64,000 bases of DNA from an uncultured delta proteobacterium (GTDB lineage: Bacteria > Myxococcota > UBA727 > VGSZ01): the NCBI GenBank assembly GCA_963775425.1, contig CAVZJB010000016.1, forward strand, positions 1,152,001-1,216,000. Direction: 5' to 3'. Within the stretch, counting starts at the first letter, position 1. Each line of letters begins with the position of its first letter. The notes below the pieces were generated by a model that did not search any database, had not been told where the DNA came from, and worked only from the letters and a program-made list of their open reading frames with translations. The position numbers were made by a program, and so were the translations under genes. Positions 40,453 through 50,957 of the stretch are shown one piece after another.

Positions 40453-41057
40453 CAGGTCCAGGAGCCGCGAAAGCGCGCGTGCGTGTCGGTGACCTCCTCG
40501 AGCTCGAACCTCACGTGCTTGCCGCCGGCGACCTCGACCGCGCCGCGGAAGGCCGTGGTGTACGCGCGCGCGAGCAGCTCGGTGACGAGGCCCGCCGGGT
40601 AGCTGACGACGAGGGCGACGTCGCTTTGCCCGCGCGGCTCCGACGTGAGCTCGACGCCGCCGCGGTGGAAGCGCTCCCAGCGCGACGCGGCGCCGGCGAG
40701 CACCGCTTGCGGGCGCAGGACCTTGAACAACACCCGGTACGCCACGCTGCTGATGAGCGCCTTGTTCCGGCGATACGCGTACGCGATGAAGGCGTCATCG
40801 TCGGGGAAGTGGGCGTCGGCGAGCGCCATGTAGAGCGCCGTCGCCCGGCACTCGGGCATCCACGTGTTGATGGGCGGCGGGCGCGCGATGATGTCCTGCA
40901 GCGGGCCGGGGAGGCGCGCAGCGTGCTGCGCGAGCGAGTGCGTGTCGTCGAAGAACGCGTGGTAGACGCTCGCCTTGTGCTCGGCCTGCAGGTACGAGTC
41001 GAGGCCGCTTGGGAGCCCTGCGAGGTACGCTTCGAGACGGGGAAACGCCGTGCCCAC
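40452..41057 (-). CDS. Conserved myxobacterial hypothetical protein
   Basis: YLAGLPSGLDSY...W.PE...WERFHRG pattern and GC3 bias. It is coupled to the MFS gene. Confidence 0.65.
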   Translation of the reverse strand: MGTAFPRLEAYLAGLPSGLDSYLQAEHKASVYHAFFDDTHSLAQHAARLPGPLQDIIARPPPINTWMPECRATALYMALADAHFPDDDAFIAYAYRRNKALISSVAYRVLFKVLRPQAVLAGAASRWERFHRGGVELTSEPRGQSDVALVVSYPAGLVTELLARAYTTAFRGAVEVAGGKHVRFELEEVTDTHARFRGSWT

Positions 41058-41100
41058 AGCCGCACGCTAACACGACGCCGCGCGCGGCTCGTCGCGCGGG

Positions 41101-41835
<735 letters not shown>

Positions 41836-41927
41836 CCATGCGCGGCGAGGGGGGCTCAATGCGCAACGAGGGGGGCGATCCATGGCGGTGCAGCATAGGC
41901 GGCAGGGCCGCGGTCGGGCCAACCGGC

Positions 41928-42072
41928 CTCGAGCGGGGGCGTCGAGCGGGGGCGTCGAGCGGGGGCGTCGAGCGGGGGCGTCGAGCGGGGGCGTCGAGCG
42001 GGGGCGTCGAGCGGGGGCGTCGAGCGGGGGCGTCGAGCGGGGGCGTCGAGCGGGGGCGTCGAGCGGGGGCGT
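41928..42072. repeat. 13-bp minisatellite (GTCGAGCGGGGGC) x11, intergenic
   Basis: Ten perfect copies at 41941-42070 plus one copy with a single mismatch at 41928-41940. Confidence 0.97.
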
Positions 42073-42166
42073 GCGCGTGAGCGGAGCGCCGCAGCGCTCG
42101 CCGGACACGTGACCGCTCGCCATCACGCTGAGCCGCGAACGCCCGCGGCACCCTGACCGGTGTTCC

Positions 42167-42823
42167 CTAGAGGGACCGCGTGACGCCGATCTTCTTGCAG
42201 TCCTTCTCCACGGGACACTCGTGGCAGCGCGGGAGCCTCGCGTTGCAGATCCGGCGGCCGTGCCAGATGAAGGTGTGGTGCGCTTCGAGCAAGCGCGCGC
42301 GCGGCAGGAGCGCCGTGAGGTCCGCCTCGACCTTGTCGGGATCGGTGTTCTTCGTGAGCCCCAGCCGCCGGGTGACGCGGCCGACGTGGGTGTCGACGGC
42401 GATGGCCGGCTCGCCGAAGCAATTGGCGACGATGACGGCCGCGGACTTGCTCCCGACGCCCGGCAGCTCCTCGAGGAGCGCGCGCGCGCGCGGCACCTCG
42501 CCGGCGTGCTCGGCGACCACCTTGCGCGCGGCGCCGACGAGCGCCTTGGCCTTGTTGCGGTACAGGCCCAGGGTCTTGATGTACGGCTCGACGTCACCCG
42601 GGGCGGCGGCGGCGAACGCGTGCACGTCGGGGAACGCCGCGAACAGCGCGGGCGTGGCCTTGTTGACGCCGGCGTCGGTGGACTGCGCCGAGAGCACCAC
42701 GGCGACGAGGAGCTGCCACGGGTCCTCGTCGGCATAGTCGAGCTCGATCCTCGCTTCGGGGAAGCGCGCCTTGAGCTTGTCGAGGATGCGCACCGCGCGC
42801 GCGCGTTGCTTCTCTGTCGGCAC
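42167..42823 (-). CDS. nth: Endonuclease III
   Basis: LLVAVVLSAQSTD, HhH LPGVGSKSA, VDTHV and the Fe-S motif C-x6-C-x2-C-x5-C. Confidence 0.96.
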   Translation of the reverse strand: MPTEKQRARAVRILDKLKARFPEARIELDYADEDPWQLLVAVVLSAQSTDAGVNKATPALFAAFPDVHAFAAAAPGDVEPYIKTLGLYRNKAKALVGAARKVVAEHAGEVPRARALLEELPGVGSKSAAVIVANCFGEPAIAVDTHVGRVTRRLGLTKNTDPDKVEADLTALLPRARLLEAHHTFIWHGRRICNARLPRCHECPVEKDCKKIGVTRSL

Positions 42824-42901
42824 GGCCGCCTTGTATCGTCCGACGCGCGCACCACAAGGGATCGCCCGACGCCGGGCCTCGCGCGGCGGTAGCCTCGAGC
42901 C

Positions 42902-43450
42902 ATGTCGCCGCTCATCCACGCCGAGGTCGGGTGGCTCATCGCGCAACCCCTGCCGCGCCGGCGCGACCGCGTCGTCGTCACCGTCGCGAGCGTCATCCCC
43001 GACGTCGACGGCCTCGGGCTCGTGGTCAGCGAGCAGCTCTACGCCGACTGGCACCACCGCCTCGCCCACGGCGTCATCGCCGCCGTCGTCGTCACCCTCG
43101 CCGCCGCCGCCGTCTGCTCACCCCGAAGCCGGCTCGCCGCAGCGGGCCTCGCGCTGCTCGCGTTGCATTCCCACATCGCCATGGACCTGTGCGGCTCCGG
43201 CCCCGGCTGGCCCATCGTCTACCTCTGGCCATTTTCGGAGACCGCGTGGCTGCCGTCGTGGCAGTGGGACCTGGCGTCCTGGCAAAACGCCGTGTTCGGC
43301 CTCGCCGTGACCCTGTCGTGCGTCGGCGCCGCCGCCGTCCTCGGCCGCACCCCCGTGGAGCTGTTCTCGCTGCGAGCGGACGCGCGCGTGGTGGCCACGG
43401 TGCGCGCGCGGCTCAAGCGACCGGCCGCCGCTTCTTCTTCTTCTTCTTGA
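42902..43450 (+). CDS. Membrane metal-dependent hydrolase (YdjM-like)
   Basis: H near the N-terminus, PDVDG, WHHRLAH, HIAMDL and YLWPFS. Confidence 0.8.
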   Translation: MSPLIHAEVGWLIAQPLPRRRDRVVVTVASVIPDVDGLGLVVSEQLYADWHHRLAHGVIAAVVVTLAAAAVCSPRSRLAAAGLALLALHSHIAMDLCGSGPGWPIVYLWPFSETAWLPSWQWDLASWQNAVFGLAVTLSCVGAAAVLGRTPVELFSLRADARVVATVRARLKRPAAASSSSS

Positions 43451-43661
43451 AGCCCTCGAACTCGAACTTCACCTGGTACGCGCTCACGTTGCCGCACGAG
43501 ATGCAGATGAAGTGGTGGATGTCGACGCCACCGAGCTGAAGGAACGGATCGATGTCGCCCCAGTGGCGGCCGCCGACGCCCTCGGAGATGGCGGTCTTTC
43601 GCTGCATGAAGCCCTCACAACGAGGACACAGCGAGCGCGGGCGCATGCGGCGATGGAGCAT
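43413..43661 (-). CDS. Small zinc-ribbon protein with a poly-Lys tail
   Basis: CPRC...CISC, coding-like GC3 bias and a KKKKKKRR end. Confidence 0.6.
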   Translation of the reverse strand: MLHRRMRPRSLCPRCEGFMQRKTAISEGVGGRHWGDIDPFLQLGGVDIHHFICISCGNVSAYQVKFEFEGFKKKKKKRRPVA

Positions 43662-43698
43662 TTCGCCCCAGCATAGCGACTTCGGGCCGGATGGTGGC

Positions 43699-44406
43699 TC
43701 AGCCGAGGTGCCAGAAGAGCTCGACGGTTTCGGCGGCGAGGACGAGGAAGATCGCGAGCGCCGCCGCGCCGGCGAAGCGCTTCTCGAACGTCGCCTCGCG
43801 CGCCTTGGCCTCCTTCGTCTCGCGCAGCGCCGAAAACGTGCTCATCGCGAGCCACGCGCGCGCGGTGAAGCCCACCTGCGACAGCCACGTCACCGTCGCC
43901 AGCAGCGCCGCCAGCGCCGACGACGACGGTGACGACGATGACCACACCGCGCGCGCCACCGGCCACGCCAGGGCCACCGTCACGCCGCCCATGAGGACCC
44001 CGAGCGGCGCGACGATGCTCCGCGCCAGCCTCCGGGCCTCGCCTTCGCGGGCGAGCACGACGACGGCGAAGAGCGTGAGCGTGAGCGCCGCGAACAGCGC
44101 CGAGGTCGTCCAGTGCGCCGCCGCGAAGACGTCGCCGCCGGCCCAGAAGGCGGCCGCGCTGTTGGCCACGAGCGGGCCCGTCCTGCGCAGCGCGCCGAGG
44201 AAGCCCACGGGGTAGTCGGCTTGATCGAGGGCGATGACGAAGAGGGCGGTGATGCCGCCCGCGACGAACACGGGCACGAGCAGCACCGCGAGCAAGCCGC
44301 CCTGGTGGCCCTCGAGCCAGTGCCAGAGGCCGAGCGGCATGGTCGCCGCCACGAGCGCGAGGTGGAGCATGCGAACGACGACGTAGGCGGCGCCACCACG
44401 GGGCAT
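43699..44406 (-). CDS. Hypothetical integral membrane protein
   Basis: About 7 hydrophobic segments. Confidence 0.7.
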   Translation of the reverse strand: MPRGGAAYVVVRMLHLALVAATMPLGLWHWLEGHQGGLLAVLLVPVFVAGGITALFVIALDQADYPVGFLGALRRTGPLVANSAAAFWAGGDVFAAAHWTTSALFAALTLTLFAVVVLAREGEARRLARSIVAPLGVLMGGVTVALAWPVARAVWSSSSPSSSALAALLATVTWLSQVGFTARAWLAMSTFSALRETKEAKAREATFEKRFAGAAALAIFLVLAAETVELFWHLG

Positions 44407-44451
44407 CCCCCATGGTGGCGCCCCCGCGCGGCGGCGGGCAAGCCCGCCCGG

Positions 44452-44878
44452 TCACGGGACGAGGACGGTCGCGGTGCAGGTGGTGTCGAGGACGAGGGTG
44501 GAGCCGCCGACGGCGCCGTCTGCGCCCGTCGATGCGCGGCGCCGCGCTCGCGAGCGTCCCGCCGCCCGCGGCGCCGAGGCTCGCGAGCACGCTCGACACC
44601 GAGATCGACGACGCGCCGTCGACGTCGATGTCCACGGGCTCGGGCACGGACAGCGGCGCCGACACCCGCTCGAGGTCCACGCCGTCCTCGTCGGTCTGCG
44701 CGGAGCCGACGTACACGAAGGCGCTCGCCGGCAGCGCCGTGCTCCCGTCGACGTCGCCGAGGGTGAACGTCTGCCGCCCGCCGCCCCCGCCGCCGAGGAG
44801 GCTCGAGCCGCCGAGGCCGCCACCGCCGCCGCCGCCGCCGAGCGCGGAGAGCCCGCCGAGCGCGTCCACGAGCGTCAC
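44452..44878 (-). pseudogene. Gly-rich hypothetical gene fragment with a frameshift at about 44526
   Basis: The coding-like frame VTLVDALGG...APRIDG switches frame at a CCC run to ADGAVGGSTLVLDTTCTATVLVP*. No clear start is visible. Confidence 0.4.
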
Positions 44879-44972
44879 GATCGACGGGTCGCCGCCGAGC
44901 TGACCAGGGAGCTCCGCGAGCGCGCGCAGCGCGGGGGGCCCGGCGGGCCGGCTGTTCCGCGCGCGCCAGCCG

Positions 44973-46388
44973 CTAAAACCGATACGTCCACCCGACGGCG
45001 AGGGCGTGGACGACGCCGCTCGAGGTCCAATTGCCGATCGCGTCCCGCGGGTTGGTCTTGGTCGCCGTGCGCGGCTCCAGGATCTGCGCCTGGTAGGCGA
45101 GGTCGAGCGTCACCGGGCGCGCGAACACGTGCGGCATCTTGAAGGTGGTGGCGAAGCCGGCGGTGACGACGTGGGTGTTGTTGTCGATGATGTTGGTGCC
45201 GCTCGTCTGATCGGGCACCGGCGTGGGCCGGTATTGGTACCCCGCGCGCAGCGCGAGCACGCCCTTGAACAAACGGTACTCGAGCCCGGCGCGCCAGTTG
45301 ATGGTGTCGACGAAGCCCGAGCTCGCGGGCACGCGGTCCTGCCCCGCCGCGGGCGCGTCGAGGGCGCCGCCGAGGCCGAGGGCGTCGACGCCGTCGCCGC
45401 TGATCTTGACCGTGGTGACGACGAGGGGCGGCGGCGCTTCGCTCCAGAACGCGTACTGCGCGTCGAACGACAGCGTGAGGTCCTTGACGATCTCGAACGA
45501 CAGGCCCGGCGACACCGTACGCGGCTCGAAGTTCGCGAGCACCACGACGTCGAGGACGGCGTCGATGCCCGCGCCGTCGATGGCGAGCGCCGCCGGCAAG
45601 GACACGTCGAAGGAGGTCTTGTCGCGGTACACGAGCCCCGCCGACACCAGGAAGTCGTCGACGCCGAGCGGGCCGACGAGGAGCCCCGCGGTCAACGACG
45701 CCGTGGGGAACTGGAAGGTGTCCGCGCTCTGCTCCGTGAGGCGGCCGCGCACGGGGTCGACGGCGAGATCGATGTTGCCGCCCTGCCCCGCCGCGAGGCG
45801 AAGGCCGACGCCCGCGAAGAGCCAGTCGGTGATGCGCGCGCCGGCGCCGATGGAGAGGTCGTAGTGATCGGTGTAGCTGTCGTAGGTGTAGAAGAACGGG
45901 CGCTGCGGGTCGTAGGCGCGGGCGCGCACGAGCACGTTGGTGGGGAAGTAGCCGACGGCGCCGACGAAGAGGCGGTCCTCGAAGACGAGGTCGATGGGGA
46001 TGGTGAACGCGAGCTGGTAGCCCGCCACCGGCGCGGACACGGCCGGCGCGAGCCCCTTGTCGGCGGGCTGGCCCTTGTCGAGCTCGACGTCGAGCACCGG
46101 CGTGTCGAGAGAGAACGCGGCCTCGAACGCGAGCGCGCCGTGCGCGCGGCCGAGCGCCGCCGGGTTCGTGTGCGCTGCGGCGACGTCGTCGACGGAGTCG
46201 CCCGCGTTGCCCATGGCGCGCATGCGCGGGTCGGGCCCGTAGGTCTCGAGCGTGCCGTTGGCGCGCACCGCCGACGACGAAAACAGCGCGGCCGCGACCC
46301 CCAGCAAGGCCGCGCTCCACGCGCGGCTCGCGCGCGCGCGGCAGGCAGGCCCCCGCGCGGCGCCGAGCGAGGGCGCCGGCGCCTTCAT
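44973..46388 (-). CDS. FadL/OmpP1-like outer-membrane transporter
   Basis: Hatch motif RAMGNAG...AAHTNPAAL, LRAGYQYRPTPVPDQ and a C-terminal VGWTYRF. Confidence 0.82.
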   Translation of the reverse strand: MKAPAPSLGAARGPACRARASRAWSAALLGVAAALFSSSAVRANGTLETYGPDPRMRAMGNAGDSVDDVAAAHTNPAALGRAHGALAFEAAFSLDTPVLDVELDKGQPADKGLAPAVSAPVAGYQLAFTIPIDLVFEDRLFVGAVGYFPTNVLVRARAYDPQRPFFYTYDSYTDHYDLSIGAGARITDWLFAGVGLRLAAGQGGNIDLAVDPVRGRLTEQSADTFQFPTASLTAGLLVGPLGVDDFLVSAGLVYRDKTSFDVSLPAALAIDGAGIDAVLDVVVLANFEPRTVSPGLSFEIVKDLTLSFDAQYAFWSEAPPPLVVTTVKISGDGVDALGLGGALDAPAAGQDRVPASSGFVDTINWRAGLEYRLFKGVLALRAGYQYRPTPVPDQTSGTNIIDNNTHVVTAGFATTFKMPHVFARPVTLDLAYQAQILEPRTATKTNPRDAIGNWTSSGVVHALAVGWTYRF

Positions 46389-47626
46389 GGGGCGAAGTCG
46401 GCGGCGTGGCACGAGGCCACGGCGTCCTTCAGGTGCGCGACCTCGGCGACGACGCCCTTGCCCTGGAGGTCGAGGAGCGCTTTCACGCCGGCCGGGGCGG
46501 CGTCGGCGTCGATGAGCTTGGCGAAGACGGCGGCGCTGTCACGCGCGAGGTCCGGCTCGGGCTCGAGCGCGCCCATGAGGTCGACGACGGCGAGGCGCAG
46601 GTCGCCGCCGCCTTCGCCGCCGGCGGCGCCGGTGACGTCCGTGAGGAACGTGTCGACGCTCAGCTCGGGGATGGTGAGCCAGTCGTAGATCATCCCCGGG
46701 AGGGCGGCGTCGCTGTCGGCGTGGTTCACGCAGGCCATCGCGATCTGCGTGTCGGGGAAGACGTCGGCTGCGGGATCCGTGATGAGCAGGATGACGTCGA
46801 GCAGGTGGTCCACCTTGGCGCGGGCGTCGTCGCCGTTGACGCGGGAGACGATGACGTCGTCGAGGAGGGTGCGGGTATAGGCGGGGTCGAAGTCGGGCGC
46901 CGACAGGTTGGCGGCCAGCAGCTTGGCCACGAGCTCGAACGCGTCCTTGCCGATGTGGATGGAGCCGCGCTCGCCCTGGCCGTCGTCGAGCTGGATCTGC
47001 TGGAGCACCGCGAGCACCTCCGGATCGTCGAGGGCGACCTGGGCGGCGTCGAGCACCGCGCTGAGCCACGCCTGGTCACCGGTGCCGCCCGCCGCGAGGA
47101 CGAGCTTGCCGTCGGGGCCGGTGGTGACCTCGAGCTGCAAGAGGGCGCGCAGCACGGCGACGGTCTGCGCGGCGTCGCACTGGGAGAACACCGCGTGCAG
47201 CGCGGCCACCGGCTCCGGGTGGGCGCCGGGGACGTACGGGCTCGAGCCGTCGACGTACCGGAGCACGTCGACGACGTGGGGCGTGAGGTCGCCGAGGCCG
47301 TTTTGCGGGTCGAGGCCGGAGAACAGGCGGCGGAACGCGGTGGCGTCCGTGTTGTCGAGGATCACCGACGCCGCGCGCAGCAACACGCGCAGCCCGCCTT
47401 CATCGACGAGGACGCGCGTGAGCACCGGCCTGAGCGCGTGCAGCGACGGCGAGTCGAGCGCGGCCTTGGTGTGCGCGAGCGCGTCGTCCGCCGAGGGGCA
47501 GCCGGTGTCCTCGTTCGCCCCGATGGTGTGCGGCGCCTCGACGCCGACGCCGCCGCAGCCCCCTGCGCCGGCGCCGGCCACGACGGCGGCGAGCGCGGCG
47601 AGGGTGACGGCGGTTGCCGAGCGCAT
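46385..47626 (-). CDS. Hypothetical alpha-helical lipoprotein
   Basis: Signal peptide ends in GAGGC. It is coupled to the FadL-like gene. Confidence 0.7.
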   Translation of the reverse strand: MRSATAVTLAALAAVVAGAGAGGCGGVGVEAPHTIGANEDTGCPSADDALAHTKAALDSPSLHALRPVLTRVLVDEGGLRVLLRAASVILDNTDATAFRRLFSGLDPQNGLGDLTPHVVDVLRYVDGSSPYVPGAHPEPVAALHAVFSQCDAAQTVAVLRALLQLEVTTGPDGKLVLAAGGTGDQAWLSAVLDAAQVALDDPEVLAVLQQIQLDDGQGERGSIHIGKDAFELVAKLLAANLSAPDFDPAYTRTLLDDVIVSRVNGDDARAKVDHLLDVILLITDPAADVFPDTQIAMACVNHADSDAALPGMIYDWLTIPELSVDTFLTDVTGAAGGEGGGDLRLAVVDLMGALEPEPDLARDSAAVFAKLIDADAAPAGVKALLDLQGKGVVAEVAHLKDAVASCHAADFAP

Positions 47627-47712
47627 CCGCCGATCCCTTCCACAACCGCGCGGGCATTCCAATCGGAAGACCACGGGCGACGGGGCCGCGGGCGCCAGGA
47701 CACCTGCCGGAT

Positions 47713-47772
47713 CAGCGACCGGAGGGAGCGGCCGCGCTTGAGCAGCGACCGGAGGGAGCGGCCGCCCTTGAT
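47713..47772 (+). repeat. Two tandem 30-bp REP-like units (CAGCGACCGGAGGGAGCGGCCGCSCTTGA)
   Basis: Direct repeat immediately downstream of the kinase/PEGA gene stop. A third copy of the core is at 6156. Confidence 0.8.
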
Positions 47773-47779
47773 CGCGCCG

Positions 47780-49164
47780 CTATCGCAGCTTGCTGGTGAG
47801 CGTGTAGAGCTTCTTCGGGGGCAGCTCGACGGTCTGCACCTCGGTGTGGCCGCGGCTCTTGATGGAGATGTTCCAGGTGCCGGCGGGCAGGCGGTAGGGG
47901 TCGCGCTGCGCGCTGCGCGGCAGCTCGGTGCCGTCGACCTTGATGAGCGCGCGGCGCGGCGCCTTGATGAAGAGCCCCGCGTTCATCTGCTTGCAGTCGA
48001 GGACGATCTTCTGCTCGCCCTCGGCCTTTCCGTCGGAGAGCAACTGCACCGTGCGCGGCGCGCAACCCGGGCGCGTGATGCGCAGGGCGACGGCCTTCTT
48101 TGTGCCCGCGGTGACGACGACCTTTCCGCCCTGGTCGCGGCCGGGGCCGTCGATGAGCGCGTCGGCAGGCTCGGTGGTGACGGTCCACGCCGTGTACGAC
48201 GTGGGCAGCTCGTAGCGCCAGACGGGCTCGACGTCGACGGTGCGGTTGACCTCGAACGGCTCGAAGCCCTCGTGCGTCATCTTGAGCCGCACGCTTGCGC
48301 CCACGGTCAGCCTGGGCAGCGTCATGGGCGTGAGCCCCGGTAGCGGGTGATCGTCGAGGGAGACGGCGGCGCCCGGCGGCGACGTCTCGAGGCGCAGGTC
48401 CTCGCGCGGGCGCTCGAGCGCGACCTCGATGGGGGGCGTCCCGGACGCCTTCACCTCCACGGTGCGCGCCAGCTCCTCGGCGCCGGGCGCCTTGAAGCGG
48501 ATGTCGTGCTTGCCGGGCTCGAGCAGCACGGCGCACGGCGTCTGCGCGCACAGGACCGTGTCGCCGAGCCGCACCTCGGTCTGACGCGGGGTGGCCACGA
48601 ACATCACCGTCGTCGCCGTCGACTGCGCGGCGAGCCAGCCGATGCCCACGATGCCCGCGCCGATGACGACGCCGAGCAGCGCAGCGATGACGATGGGCCC
48701 CGTGGCGGGCCGCTGCGGGTACAACGGTTGCGCGCGCGGCAGCACGCCGCTGCTGCTGCGCTCGCGCGCGCGAGGCGCCGAGCGCTCCACGGTGTGCGGC
48801 GCCGGCGGCGGCGCCAACAGCGACGAGGACGACGGCGACGACGGCGGCGGCGGCGGCGGACGGGAGCCGCTCGCGCTCACCACGCGCATGCGCTTGGGCA
48901 TCTCGTCGCGCGCGACGATGGGCGGCGGATCGCGGCCGTCGTCGCGCAGCTCCTGCGGCGCCTCGGGATCGATCTGCGTCTCGTCGAAGCTGCGCACCTT
49001 CCCGGAGCTGCGCCGGGCGCTGCCGTTCTTGGACGACGTCTCCTGCCACGGATCGGGCGGCTCGATGACGGAGGTCGGCAGCGCGGAGCCGAGGGCGCTC
49101 GCCTCCGCGCTCGCGTCGATCTCGTCGTCGTCGATCTCGGAGCCGCCCCCCGGCATGGACGCCA

Positions 49165-49168
<4 letters not shown>
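47780..49168 (-). CDS. TM + PEGA-domain C-terminal half of the upstream Ser/Thr kinase (probable frameshift split)
   Basis: Low-complexity linker, one TM segment and PEGA-like ETSPPGAAVSLD...G.TP...HEGFEP. Confidence 0.75.
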
Positions 49169-50472
<1,304 letters not shown>

Positions 50473-50571
50473 GTCGGTGTGACGCTAGCACGCCACCCCC
50501 CGCGCGCGCGCCGGGGGGGCCGGTTCGGGTCCCGGCTGCCGCCGCACCGGGGTCCGTGCTAACGGTGCGCC

Positions 50572-50835
50572 ATGACCGAACTGCGCTTCGAGGACATCGT
50601 CGAGATCTACGGGGCCGCGAGCTCCCTCGAGTCGGACCGCATCGTGCTGCTGCTCGCCGACGAGGGCGTGGAGGCGATCGCGCGCGCGGCGTCGATGTCG
50701 TCGAGCTTCCCCTCGCCGGCCGAAGCGCACTACCTCGTGTGCGTGCGCGAGGCGGACAAGGAGAAGGCGCACGCACTCATCGAGGCCGCCCGCCGCGACG
50801 GCGTCATCACCGAGAGCGGCGCGTTCCTCGGTTGA
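50572..50835 (+). CDS. Small DUF2007-like (putative signal-transducing) protein
   Basis: Pattern S.E...I..LL.DEGVEA...V...D.EKA..LI. Confidence 0.65.
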   Translation: MTELRFEDIVEIYGAASSLESDRIVLLLADEGVEAIARAASMSSSFPSPAEAHYLVCVREADKEKAHALIEAARRDGVITESGAFLG

Positions 50836-50957
50836 TGGCCCCGGGTTGACGAGCCCGGGTTGACGGGCGCCGGCTGCGCGCCTGCGGAATGTTGCCCCGG
50901 GGGGGTTGCGCACGGTCGGATCAGCGGGGACCGTGGGGGACCGTTTTGGAGGTCCTC

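Noticed and set aside
41928-42072. Repeat array as a possible CRISPR
   Set aside because: The units are contiguous 13-mers with no spacers and there are no cas genes.
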